A stretch of 20,000 bases of DNA. It comes from an uncultured virus (IMG/VR IMGVR_UViG_3300013132_000043) (lineage: Duplodnaviria; Heunggongvirae; Uroviricota; Caudoviricetes). The DNA is taken from the IMG/VR virus record IMGVR_UViG_3300013132_000043; one strand, given 5' to 3'. The translations under genes and the position numbers were made by a program. How positions within the stretch are numbered: position 1 is the first letter of the stretch; each line of letters begins with the position of its first letter. This document shows positions 9,848 through 19,463 of this stretch, one piece after another. Below the pieces are notes generated by a model that searched no databases, was not told the origin of the DNA, and was given only the letters and a program-made list of their open reading frames with translations.

Positions 9848-10765
9848 ATGGCAGTAGGTAGTTACGGAATAATAAGACCAGCAGATGTATCACCCGAGGA
9901 TGTAGAAATATATTATCACTACGTTTCAGGTAGAACAAATAGTGCAACTGCAACCCTAAAAAGGTTAAGTTCGGCAGATGTTTTAACCCCTGTTTTTCAC
10001 AATTCAAATACAACTGATGATGCTGCAGCACCAAACGTTGAGATTTTGGGTGGTATGTACAACTTAAAGTTAGCTTCTTCAGATTTCTCTGAATTGGGAA
10101 TTTATACCCTACATATCAGACCTAAACAGATACGTACAACAATCACGGATTGTGGTATTTTGGCGTCATTACCTTCTGTTAGGGGTTTGGTTATTGATTT
10201 AAGTAATGTACCAGCGGCGGATAGGAATAAGTTTACTCCACAAGGTTTGGTTGGTTATAGAATAGAATACATTAACACGTCGGACAATAAGAAAATAGCC
10301 AACTTCTACAGAGTTGTGACCTCTTCATTTTATTGTACCCCAATCGTATCCAACTTAACAAGTACTTCACAAAAAGCTATTAGATATCAATATAGTGAAC
10401 AAGCAACAAATTTGATGTTTTTGACTGTTACACCATCTTCAGCACCATCAAATAAACCAAATACAGTTCCGTTTATTGGTACACCATCACAAAAAATTAT
10501 TTTAACAAATACATTTTTTAACCCAACAACAATTGAGGTTGAAATGGTTGAACACGATGCGAGTACATTGGCTCACGCATTGTATGGTAATCAAACTAAA
10601 GCTGTTTCACAAGGTATCTACACCATTTATGACAATAATAATAACATATACAAACAGTACAATCTTTACGAAGTCAAAGACGAATTTAATGAGACATTAT
10701 ATGAAGTTCGTGAAGAAAGGACTGATATAGATGAGACACTAAACTTTGATACGATTACCGAATAA
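9848..10765 (+). CDS. Hypothetical protein, probable baseplate component (305 aa)
   Basis: Clean ATG..TAA ORF whose stop overlaps the start of the gp7-like gene (TAATG). No family recognised. Confidence 0.6.
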   Translation: MAVGSYGIIRPADVSPEDVEIYYHYVSGRTNSATATLKRLSSADVLTPVFHNSNTTDDAAAPNVEILGGMYNLKLASSDFSELGIYTLHIRPKQIRTTITDCGILASLPSVRGLVIDLSNVPAADRNKFTPQGLVGYRIEYINTSDNKKIANFYRVVTSSFYCTPIVSNLTSTSQKAIRYQYSEQATNLMFLTVTPSSAPSNKPNTVPFIGTPSQKIILTNTFFNPTTIEVEMVEHDASTLAHALYGNQTKAVSQGIYTIYDNNNNIYKQYNLYEVKDEFNETLYEVREERTDIDETLNFDTITE

Positions 10766-13700
10766 TGGCGAAAAGAAAGGTACCAAGTCAAGCGCCAAGT
10801 GGAGCGGCAACATTTAATGATAATCTTGTTGGTAGACAAATTACCAACGGAAGTTCAGCGCTTGTCAACACCTCATTTGACATTGATAAAACTATACCTG
10901 ATAAAGATTCTAAAAGTTTTAGAAAAAATCCATTTTCTGAGTTTCTTACTTTAGATAATATCAAAAAAGAAGACACTCAAACTGACGTAACAACTCAACA
11001 ACCTACAAGTTCTGCAGCTAAAAGAAGTAAATCGATAAGATTTCGTAACGATAAACGAAATGCGGATAAGTCTTTATATGGTTCTTTAAGAGAAAGAATC
11101 TTGGTGTCAATTACCAAGATTATAAAAAAATTCCCCGCGGCTTTACAAGTAATTGCAGATAGTCCTATCGGTGTGAATTTATTCTCCGCGTTTAATATTT
11201 CATATAGTAATAGTTTAAACAGAACAACATTCACAATTCAGTTAAGTAAAGTTTCAAATCCATTTGGAATTATTTTATCTGAACCAAATAGTGCGATTAA
11301 ACCGACAAGTGAAAATGAATTAAGAAATCTATATTCATCATACAACAAGTATGTTTTGTATGTAAATGGTGAGTCATACCCTATATTTCAATATACTGAA
11401 CCAAATTCTTCAAATGAAATAGTTTTTGTTGTAATTGGTCAGCCATTCACAGGTTCTACAAGTACAACAAACTTTATTATCAAACCTAATGATGGTATTG
11501 TTGAAGAATTTTACAATGGATTGGATGATGTTGAATCTTCATTACTCAATAGAGACACAAGTCCAATATATACATCAAATTTTAGAATTCCGAGAGATAG
11601 TCCTGATGGTTCAAAGGTTACAATGCAAAACGTTGAGTTTAGCTGGCCAACATTAGGAGATGGTTGGAACATACAAATTTATGGTCTTGACTATGAATTA
11701 TATGTACAAAGTTTAAAAGATGTTTGTGATGAGATTGATACATTTAAATCAAACACAATTGTTAGATTTTTAACATCACCACAATTATTAGAATTTGATA
11801 CCGCAGACCAAAGAGCTCAAAGTGTATTCCAACTTTACGGACAAAGTTTTGACCAAGTAAAAAAATATATAGACAACATTGCTTACATGAGAAATGTAAG
11901 TTATGATGGTATTAATAACTTACCTGATATTTTATTAAAGAATTTATCTGAGAATCTTGGTTTATCAACTACAAATCTATTTGATGAAAAATCATTGGAC
12001 GATGTATTATATAGTCGTTTAGATTCGTCTTATGGTGGAGTATCTACCGGTTTTAATTTAGTTGATGCTGAACATGAATTTTACAGAAGATTATTAGTTA
12101 ATCTTGCATATATCTTTAAATCAAAAGGAACAAGAGCATCTATTGAGTTCTTCTTAAAATTCTTAGGAGCTCCCGAACCATTAATAAAAATTAATGAGTA
12201 TGTCTATCAAGTAACATCAATTCCTGCAAGTTTTGATTTAGAACAAGACATATATGATGTTATTGCCGGAGAAAAAACTTTTATAACGGGTCAATTTAAT
12301 ACAACAGGGTACACATATACTAAGATTACCACTACTGGTTCAACAGGATTTGATAGAGAAGGTTATCCTGTTGACCCTGATACAGAATTACCAAGAAAAG
12401 CTTTTAGTCTTACTGAAGATATTTTCTTCCAAAAGGGTGCGGGATGGTATGATATTACATTAGACCACCGCTCACCAACGATTATAGATACCGAAAACTC
12501 AATTCTCACTGGTAGAACAAAAACAATTAAAACAAAAAATAAACCTTTTACTTATGGTGAGGATTATTTTAACGTGTTTAGAAAACTACCCGGATTAGAT
12601 ACGGGTTATGGTTTACAAACAGATATTGACAATACAAAGGCTCACGATGTATTGGATGGTTCGTCTTTAATTTTGAATAGAAAGAATATTAATATTCATA
12701 TCTCAGCATCAAACGCGATTAATTTTGATTTATTTAGAAAAAGTAGAGATTTAGAAATTTCATTCGGTTCAACAAATTTATTAGCGCCACAAACAGGAGT
12801 AACGTTTGCACAATTCACAAACAATTTTATTCACAAAGTAATAAAGAACTCTCATACAATTAGATATAAAAAGAATTATATTGTTCTTGAAGATATCTAT
12901 AGAGATTATTTTTCTCAAACCTCATTCAAACCATATACGTTTATTGATGCCGCTGAATTTGTAAATAAAATCAGTCCTTATTGGGTTCAATTAGTAGAAC
13001 AATTGGTTCCTGCAACCACATTATGGACAGGAGGTAATCTTATAGAAAATAATTTATTTGGTAGACCGAAATATCCATACATATTTGATTGCCAACCAAT
13101 GGAATTTATCGAGGATTTATATCCCGATTTTGAAACCGCAATTGAAGAGGACCTTGAAACCTTACTTGGTGAAGAAAATAATTTTAGAGGATTAATCAAT
13201 TTGACCGGTGTAACATACTATCCAATAATCGAAATTGATGGAATCATTTATGGTGGACCATCTTATACAGGTTTAACAACAGGAATGACTGTTGTGGTTA
13301 GCGGTACATCAAATACAACAAATAGTGCCAAGTTATATGACCCATTCCCAATGACGGGATGTACAGACTTAGTGAGTAACGACCCTGTAAATCTTGCACT
13401 TATTTGTGATTACAAAGATTATTTGGAACCTGATATTGTTAAAATTAAACAACTATGGGTTGCAGCATTGAGCAATCTCATTGGTTCAATAACAATATCA
13501 AGATATAGTTCAGGTTACTATGCGTATGCACCATTCACAGGAACAACCGGACAAACATATGTAACCGAAACTTTACCAATGGTGAGTTATGAAATCTTCA
13601 CAGATGAAAATGGTGAAGAAATGATTAAGTTTTCATCCATAAAATATGGTATTGGGGATTGTTCAGTAAAAGATTATTTTGATTATAGATTTGAGGCGGA

Positions 13701-16700
13701 TTATCAAACAATAAAATCAAACGATAGATTAAGTGTACAAGTTAGTGGTAATGGTGAATTTTATTGTGAAGAGCCAGCATCGTGTATTATGATTAGTGAC
13801 ATCTATATTGATGTTATTGGTGCTCAATTCGGGGTTCAAAAAAATCACACATGGCCGTTTTACATTTATGCAAATTGTACAAGTGGTCATAGTCAAAACG
13901 CTGACGTTTATATTGAAAAAGTTGCAGGGTACGATTGTAAATTTAAATTAACCGGAGTTACTGAATTTGATATAATAGACTTTAATATTATTGATGCCGC
14001 AAACAACGAAGTCAAATTCAAGATAGAAGGATTACAAGCTAAAATAGAACACGACCCATGTCCAATACCAAGTGGAAAGAGTCACACAGAACTATTTGTA
14101 CTTCAAGGATATCAAGGTTCAAATACTATATCTGAAATATCGGGAGCAACGTTTTGTGACAATTATACCGGGTACACCATTCAACCAAAAGTTGAATATA
14201 AATCAAACTTTAATTATGGTTTAAAAGATAGTTCAATAGTTTTAGTTGTTCCTTCAGGTTTAACAATTAATAGTTCAACAACAAGTTCACAAATTAATTC
14301 ATATATAACAGGTAGTACGATTGTAGAAAAATCCGTATATGATTTACAAGTAGGTGAATATATTTTAAGTGCAAATTATCTTCCTTGTTCAGGATTCACA
14401 AATCAACAATTCCAAAATGCACCTCAAAGTGGATATTCATTTACGTATTCGTATGAAAAACTTTTAGTTACTGATAAAGAATGTCTCGGTTCGGTTAAGA
14501 AAAACAGAATTACAGGTGAAACATCAACAAGTAGTATTGAAATATTTGAAGTTTTACCAACAACTCAATTAAGAGTTTATACAAATAAATTTATTGAGAA
14601 TTTTGGTTCTGTAACTAATGGAACATATCACTTTGATGATAGATTCCCCGAAGAATTACAAATAAGACCGGTTGATTTCATTGAACCTTGCTGTGACCAT
14701 TCTGAAGAATTATATGACAAGGGAGATTTTCTAATTAACCAATATGGTTATCCAATTGAAGTGTTGGCGGTTGACCTCAACTATTGTGATACTGGTTTAT
14801 ATTTTAACTTAAATGTTCAAAAAAATGGTTCACCATTGACTGATACATTTATTGTTGTATTTGATGGTAATTCAAATGAACAGATTTTGATGAAACATCA
14901 ATACAATAAACATCCAAATATTGATTTTGATTTAGGTCAATATTATAGTGACCCTGTACATTGTGCAACATCACCAAATAATAATGATTTATCTGAATCA
15001 CCATTTGATTGCGTTCCATTTGCCACAAACACACCAACACCAACCAGCACACAAACACTAACACCAACACCTACTGTTACTTCAACAAGTACTCCAACAT
15101 TAACAAACACGAATACGTCCACACCCACTAGTACCCCAACGGTAACTCTTACATCCACACCAACTGTTACTTCAACAAGTACTGAGACGCCAACTAATAC
15201 GCCAACACTAACATCCACAAATACACCAACATTAACAAGTACGAGTACATTAACAGACACCCCGACCCCAATTCCCACAACTACAAGTACATCAACACCT
15301 ACATTAACTGAAACGCCAACATTGACGGCAACAAATACACCAACGTTAACCGAAACACCAACATTAACTGCGACTAATACCCCAACTCTTACAGAGACCC
15401 CAACATTAACCGCAACCAATACCCCAACATTAACAGAAACTCCTACATTAACGGCAACAGAAACCCCAACGTTAACAGCTACAAATACACCAACGTTAAG
15501 TGCAACCAACACACCCACATTAACAGAGACACCCACACTTACCCCAACAAATACACCAACTCTTACCGATGTATTAGATGGGGCAATCTATTGTATTGAT
15601 GTTACAATGAGTAGTGCGTGTTCTTGTCAAAATTCTATAACAATTTATGCACAAGACGATTTATCTGTTGGTGAAATATTATATGAAGATAACACAGCAA
15701 CAAACCCATACACGATTGCAGATTTACAACTTATCACAAATTCGACATCAACTACCTTCTATGTAAACCCACCAAGCACTTCAATATTATTTGTTGTTGA
15801 AGATAATGGAAGTGGTTTAGCAATTGCAAATAGTTCAACAGATTGTCCAACACCTACACCAACAGCAACTGTTACCTCAACAAGTACTCAAACACCAACT
15901 CTTACATCAACAAATACCCCTACATTAACGGAAACGCCAACATTAACAGCTACAAATACACCAACATTAACGGAGACCAATACACCTACGTTAACCGAAA
16001 CTAGTACTCCAACATTAACAGCAACAAGTACCCCAACATTAACATCAACTAATACACCTACGGTAACTGAAACCAGTACACCTACATTGACAAGTACGAG
16101 TACTCCGACATTAACTGCAACTGCGGGTGAAACATCAACCCCAACCCCGACACAAACTTTAACGGAAACCCCAACGTTAACCGCAACTAATACACCAACG
16201 TTAACGAGTACAAGTACCGCCACAAATACGCCGACGTTAACTAGTACGAGTACTGCAACGGAAACGCCGACGTTGACGGCGACTAATACCCCTACGTTAA
16301 CTGAAACGCCAACATTAACCTCTACTGAGACACCAACATTAACAAGTACGAGTACATCAACGGAGACCCCTACACTTACCGCAACTCAAACACCGACATT
16401 AACTGCGACTAACACACCTACATTGACGGAGACTCCAACCTTAACTACAACAAATACACCGACATTAACGAGTACAAGTGCGGCAACCAACACACCTACG
16501 TTAACATCAACCTCTACTCCAACTTTAACTTCAACAGAGACACCCACACTCACACCAACTAATACACCAACGTTAACCGAAACACCAACATTAAGCTCCA
16601 CAAGTACTCCAACGTTAACAGAGACACCAACATTAACCTCAACTGAAACTCCAACCCTTACAGCAACTAATACGCCCACATTAACGCCGACCAATACTCA

Positions 16701-18648
16701 AACACTAACTGAAACCCCAACATTAACACCAACCAACACTCCCACATTAACATCTACAAATACACCAACAGAGACACCTACACTTACTGCCACAAACACA
16801 CCAACTTTAACAGAAACGCCAACATTGACGGCAACAAATACACCAACGTTAACCGAAACACCAACATTAACTGCGACTAATACTCCAACATTAACTGAAA
16901 CACCTACACTCACACCAACTAACACACCAACCCTTACCGATGTATTAGATGGTGCAATTTATTGTATTGACACAACAATGGTGGATGCTTGTTCTTGTCA
17001 AAATTCTATAACAATTTATGCACAGGATAACCTATCAGTTGGTGAAATTTTATACGAAAATAATAGTGCCACAAATCCTTATACAATAAGTGAATTACAA
17101 ACAATAACAAACTCGGCGGCAACTACATTTTATGTAAATCCTGCTGGTAGTTCTGTTGTTTATATTGTTGAAGACAACGGTAGCGGACTATCTATTGCAA
17201 ATAGTTCAACAGATTGCCCAACACCAACCCCGACACCTACTTTAACTTCAACAAATACACCCACATTAACTGCAACAAATACACCAACACTAACTAGTAC
17301 GAGTACTGCAACAAATACTCCTACTCTTACCGCAACAAATACCCCAACCTTAACTGAAACTCCAACACTTACAGCCACAAATACACCAACGTTAACAAGT
17401 ACAAGCACTGCAACAGAGACTCCAACGTTAACGGCTACAAATACACCTACGTTAACTGAGACTCCGACACTTACAGCAACTCAAACACCAACACTAACAA
17501 GTACAAGTACCGCAACCAATACACCAACTTTAACATCAACTAATACTCCAACATTAACTGAAACCCCAACACTTACGGCCACAAATACACCTACTTTAAC
17601 ATCAACTAGTACCTCAACAGAAACTCCAACGTTAACGGCCACAAATACACCAACATTAACTCAAACACCTACGTTAACAGCAACAAATACCCCAACATTA
17701 ACATCAACTAGTACCGCTACTGAGACCCCTACATTAACCGCGACCAACACTCCTACTCTAACATCAACAAATACACCAACACTTACAGCAACAAATACAC
17801 CTACTTTAACTAGTACACCAACACTTACAGCTACAAATACTCCAACACTAACTAGCACAAGCACTGCAACAAATACACCAACACTTACTGCTACAAGTAC
17901 TCCAACACTAACTAGTACACCAACACTAACACCAACGACTTTTGCATCTTGTTATAAAGATGTAGTTATAAATTTCATACAAGATGGACTTATAGGTTAT
18001 ACACCTTGTTGTGGTGGAGACGCGAGCAAAAGTATTCAACCTGGACTACAAACAATAACTGAATGTGTTGTATATGGTTCAATTTATGAGATTAGTGCGA
18101 TAATAGAACAACCTATTGATTATTTAACAGGTTCACCTTGTGACTGCCCAACTCAGACACCAACTCCAACTCAGACACAAACACCAACATTAACTAGTAC
18201 AAGCACCGCAACCAACACCCCTACATTAACCGCAACAAATACACCAACACTTACAGCCACAAATACACCAACACTAACATTAACATCAACTGATGAATCA
18301 TATTGTCCATTTGCACTTGCTGAGGTAACTACACAAAATAGTGATGATGTCAACATAAGCGAAGTTAAATTCAATTCTGCGAATATAACTCACTCAAGTG
18401 GTGCTAATTTCCCGATTGGGCAAAGTGATGGGGTTGGGTTCTTCACATCCAATATTAATGGTTCAACTGTAGAGGTTGAAATTGTCTATGGTCCGTGTTT
18501 ACCTGGACAAAATATTACCATTAATTATGTCGGTGGTACACAATGTTTTTATCCGTTGAATGAGTACGGAGGTACAATTGTTTTTTATGATGTGAATATA
18601 CCTTGCGATTCAACTGTGTACATAACCGCCGCTATTGGACCGTGTTAA
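10765..18648 (+). CDS. Giant baseplate wedge/fibre protein (2627 aa): gp7/P2 gpI-like core plus Cys-rich region plus Thr/Pro mucin-like tracts
   Basis: '[15 protein letters not shown]' (about aa 386), '[28 protein letters not shown]' (about aa 441-468) and '[10 protein letters not shown]' (about aa 745) match the KGT..(G/S)I and L...PA motifs of gpI/gp7/Mu gp48-type wedge proteins. From about aa 1420 it consists of Thr/Pro tracts and small Cys domains. Confidence 0.7.
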   Translation: MAKRKVPSQAPSGAATFNDNLVGRQITNGSSALVNTSFDIDKTIPDKDSKSFRKNPFSEFLTLDNIKKEDTQTDVTTQQPTSSAAKRSKSIRFRNDKRNADKSLYGSLRERILVSITKIIKKFPAALQVIADSPIGVNLFSAFNISYSNSLNRTTFTIQLSKVSNPFGIILSEPNSAIKPTSENELRNLYSSYNKYVLYVNGESYPIFQYTEPNSSNEIVFVVIGQPFTGSTSTTNFIIKPNDGIVEEFYNGLDDVESSLLNRDTSPIYTSNFRIPRDSPDGSKVTMQNVEFSWPTLGDGWNIQIYGLDYELYVQSLKDVCDEIDTFKSNTIVRFLTSPQLLEFDTADQRAQSVFQLYGQSFDQVKKYIDNIAYMRNVSYDGINNLPDILLKNLSENLGLSTTNLFDEKSLDDVLYSRLDSSYGGVSTGFNLVDAEHEFYRRLLVNLAYIFKSKGTRASIEFFLKFLGAPEPLIKINEYVYQVTSIPASFDLEQDIYDVIAGEKTFITGQFNTTGYTYTKITTTGSTGFDREGYPVDPDTELPRKAFSLTEDIFFQKGAGWYDITLDHRSPTIIDTENSILTGRTKTIKTKNKPFTYGEDYFNVFRKLPGLDTGYGLQTDIDNTKAHDVLDGSSLILNRKNINIHISASNAINFDLFRKSRDLEISFGSTNLLAPQTGVTFAQFTNNFIHKVIKNSHTIRYKKNYIVLEDIYRDYFSQTSFKPYTFIDAAEFVNKISPYWVQLVEQLVPATTLWTGGNLIENNLFGRPKYPYIFDCQPMEFIEDLYPDFETAIEEDLETLLGEENNFRGLINLTGVTYYPIIEIDGIIYGGPSYTGLTTGMTVVVSGTSNTTNSAKLYDPFPMTGCTDLVSNDPVNLALICDYKDYLEPDIVKIKQLWVAALSNLIGSITISRYSSGYYAYAPFTGTTGQTYVTETLPMVSYEIFTDENGEEMIKFSSIKYGIGDCSVKDYFDYRFEADYQTIKSNDRLSVQVSGNGEFYCEEPASCIMISDIYIDVIGAQFGVQKNHTWPFYIYANCTSGHSQNADVYIEKVAGYDCKFKLTGVTEFDIIDFNIIDAANNEVKFKIEGLQAKIEHDPCPIPSGKSHTELFVLQGYQGSNTISEISGATFCDNYTGYTIQPKVEYKSNFNYGLKDSSIVLVVPSGLTINSSTTSSQINSYITGSTIVEKSVYDLQVGEYILSANYLPCSGFTNQQFQNAPQSGYSFTYSYEKLLVTDKECLGSVKKNRITGETSTSSIEIFEVLPTTQLRVYTNKFIENFGSVTNGTYHFDDRFPEELQIRPVDFIEPCCDHSEELYDKGDFLINQYGYPIEVLAVDLNYCDTGLYFNLNVQKNGSPLTDTFIVVFDGNSNEQILMKHQYNKHPNIDFDLGQYYSDPVHCATSPNNNDLSESPFDCVPFATNTPTPTSTQTLTPTPTVTSTSTPTLTNTNTSTPTSTPTVTLTSTPTVTSTSTETPTNTPTLTSTNTPTLTSTSTLTDTPTPIPTTTSTSTPTLTETPTLTATNTPTLTETPTLTATNTPTLTETPTLTATNTPTLTETPTLTATETPTLTATNTPTLSATNTPTLTETPTLTPTNTPTLTDVLDGAIYCIDVTMSSACSCQNSITIYAQDDLSVGEILYEDNTATNPYTIADLQLITNSTSTTFYVNPPSTSILFVVEDNGSGLAIANSSTDCPTPTPTATVTSTSTQTPTLTSTNTPTLTETPTLTATNTPTLTETNTPTLTETSTPTLTATSTPTLTSTNTPTVTETSTPTLTSTSTPTLTATAGETSTPTPTQTLTETPTLTATNTPTLTSTSTATNTPTLTSTSTATETPTLTATNTPTLTETPTLTSTETPTLTSTSTSTETPTLTATQTPTLTATNTPTLTETPTLTTTNTPTLTSTSAATNTPTLTSTSTPTLTSTETPTLTPTNTPTLTETPTLSSTSTPTLTETPTLTSTETPTLTATNTPTLTPTNTQTLTETPTLTPTNTPTLTSTNTPTETPTLTATNTPTLTETPTLTATNTPTLTETPTLTATNTPTLTETPTLTPTNTPTLTDVLDGAIYCIDTTMVDACSCQNSITIYAQDNLSVGEILYENNSATNPYTISELQTITNSAATTFYVNPAGSSVVYIVEDNGSGLSIANSSTDCPTPTPTPTLTSTNTPTLTATNTPTLTSTSTATNTPTLTATNTPTLTETPTLTATNTPTLTSTSTATETPTLTATNTPTLTETPTLTATQTPTLTSTSTATNTPTLTSTNTPTLTETPTLTATNTPTLTSTSTSTETPTLTATNTPTLTQTPTLTATNTPTLTSTSTATETPTLTATNTPTLTSTNTPTLTATNTPTLTSTPTLTATNTPTLTSTSTATNTPTLTATSTPTLTSTPTLTPTTFASCYKDVVINFIQDGLIGYTPCCGGDASKSIQPGLQTITECVVYGSIYEISAIIEQPIDYLTGSPCDCPTQTPTPTQTQTPTLTSTSTATNTPTLTATNTPTLTATNTPTLTLTSTDESYCPFALAEVTTQNSDDVNISEVKFNSANITHSSGANFPIGQSDGVGFFTSNINGSTVEVEIVYGPCLPGQNITINYVGGTQCFYPLNEYGGTIVFYDVNIPCDSTVYITAAIGPC
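15022..15567 (+). repeat. Coding low-complexity Thr-x-Thr/Pro tract 1 (about 182 aa)
   Basis: Imperfect tandem units TPTLTATN / TPTLTE / [10 protein letters not shown]-rich, G-poor DNA. Confidence 0.95.
15568..15846 (+). repeat. 93-aa four-Cys domain, copy 1
   Basis: [11 protein letters not shown]...[14 protein letters not shown]...ANSSTDC; 74/93 aa identical to the copy at 16939-17217 by manual alignment, no gaps. Confidence 0.95.
15847..16938 (+). repeat. Coding low-complexity Thr-x-Thr/Pro tract 2 (about 364 aa)
   Basis: Same 6- and 8-residue units as tract 1, lying between the two domain copies. Confidence 0.95.
16939..17217 (+). repeat. 93-aa four-Cys domain, copy 2
   Basis: Direct repeat of 15568-15846, offset 1371 nt. 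Confidence 0.95.
17218..17940 (+). repeat. Coding low-complexity Thr-x-Thr/Pro tract 3 (about 241 aa)
   Basis: TPTLTATN / [12 protein letters not shown] units, followed by a different Cys-rich domain (17941-18147). Confidence 0.95.
18148..18291 (+). repeat. Coding low-complexity Thr-x-Thr/Pro tract 4 (about 48 aa)
   Basis: Short tract before the C-terminal Cys-containing beta-rich domain (18292-18645). Confidence 0.9.
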
Positions 18649-18663
18649 TAAAATGAATAAAAG

Positions 18664-18670
18664 TATTTAT
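18664..18670 (+). promoter_or_regulatory. TATTTAT motif, putative phage late promoter element
   Basis: In the 30-nt gap, 8 nt before the ATG at 18679. Confidence 0.5.
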
Positions 18671-18678
18671 GATATAAT

Positions 18679-19452
18679 ATGGGATTAAATGTTCGATTAT
18701 ATAATATAGTTTCAGATGGACCTTATACCATAAGGTATAAAAGTGGTGCAAATCCTTGGCCTGAATATGATAATACAACATTCACATTACATGCAAGTGG
18801 TTTAACCTCATCTACTGTTGAAATTTCGGGATTAACATTTGATACCCAATATTGGATAAAAATGATTGACCAAACAACAGGTCGTTACATTATAAAAAAC
18901 ATTTATACAAATGATAGTAAAGCATTTTCGTGTTATGACACAATATGCTTTAGTGTTGATGTTACATGTTTATTAAGCGGTACACCAACCCCAACACCAA
19001 CCACAACAACCACAAGTACCCCAACCACAACAACCACGAATACACCAACTGTTACATTAACAAATACTGCAACATCGGGTACAACGCAAACCCCAACTCC
19101 GACTATAACCCTAACTAATACACCTACTTTAACTAATACACCTACGATAACTTTAACCAGTACACCAACACCTACTACCACAAATACCCCTACTTGTTTT
19201 TACAAAACTTGGATAATTCAAGATTGTCCGGGAGGAACTGCAAGCGGACCAATTTGTACATGCGTTGGACAAGTACCAAAAACAGTTTATACAGATTGTA
19301 ATGTTACAGATTTAACAGACTTACTTACTGAAATTTTTGAAAATACAGGATTAACTAACCCATATACCGGTGATTTTTCAATGGGAGGAAACATTTGGAA
19401 CTCATCAGGTTCAGGTGTCACTATGGTGTGTGAAGTGGGTGGTCCAATTTAA
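18679..19452 (+). CDS. Putative virion accessory protein (257 aa): FN3-like N-domain, Thr/Pro linker, Cys-rich C-domain
   Basis: 'YTIRYK...TVEISGLTFDTQYWIKM' resembles the fibronectin type III 'I.GL.P.T.Y.V.V' signature. Thr/Pro tract at 18982-19194; Cys-rich domain at 19195-19449. Confidence 0.65.
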   Translation: MGLNVRLYNIVSDGPYTIRYKSGANPWPEYDNTTFTLHASGLTSSTVEISGLTFDTQYWIKMIDQTTGRYIIKNIYTNDSKAFSCYDTICFSVDVTCLLSGTPTPTPTTTTTSTPTTTTTNTPTVTLTNTATSGTTQTPTPTITLTNTPTLTNTPTITLTSTPTPTTTNTPTCFYKTWIIQDCPGGTASGPICTCVGQVPKTVYTDCNVTDLTDLLTEIFENTGLTNPYTGDFSMGGNIWNSSGSGVTMVCEVGGPI

Positions 19453-19463
19453 TAAAATAATAT

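Noticed and set aside
2..13100. Bacterial contractile injection system (eCIS/T6SS/tailocin) rather than phage
   Set aside because: The wedge protein looks T4 gp6-like, and the gene packing and putative late-promoter motif are phage-like, with no bacterial genes in view. Capsid and terminase genes are outside the window, so this is disfavoured rather than excluded.
58..13199. Short alternative-frame and antisense ORFs nested in the long genes (58-297, 965-1201, 3793-4065, 4504-4821, 10533-10730, 11435-11656 and others)
   Set aside because: All overlap long, motif-bearing + strand CDSs almost entirely, are short, and show no recognisable protein features.
15568..17217. Possible diversity-generating retroelement template/variable repeat pair
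   Set aside because: Mismatches include many non-adenine changes (GGG/GGT, ATC/ATT, GAT/GAC), both copies are coding within one ORF, and no reverse transcriptase is in the window.
15022..17940. Ice-binding/ice-nucleation beta-solenoid suggested by TxT periodicity
   Set aside because: Pro every 6-8 residues, near absence of Gly, and irregular unit length argue for an extended linker rather than a regular solenoid; not formally excluded.
15022..18291. Possible CRISPR array or non-coding tandem repeat
   Set aside because: Units are degenerate, in frame, vary at third codon positions, and have no constant repeat with unique spacers.
14849..19181. Minus-strand Val/Gly-rich ORFs (e.g. 14943-15536, 15888-16223, 16386-16694, 18933-19181)
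   Set aside because: They are antisense shadows of the Thr/Pro codons (ACN/CCN read as NGT/NGG); they coincide with the tracts and have no independent features.
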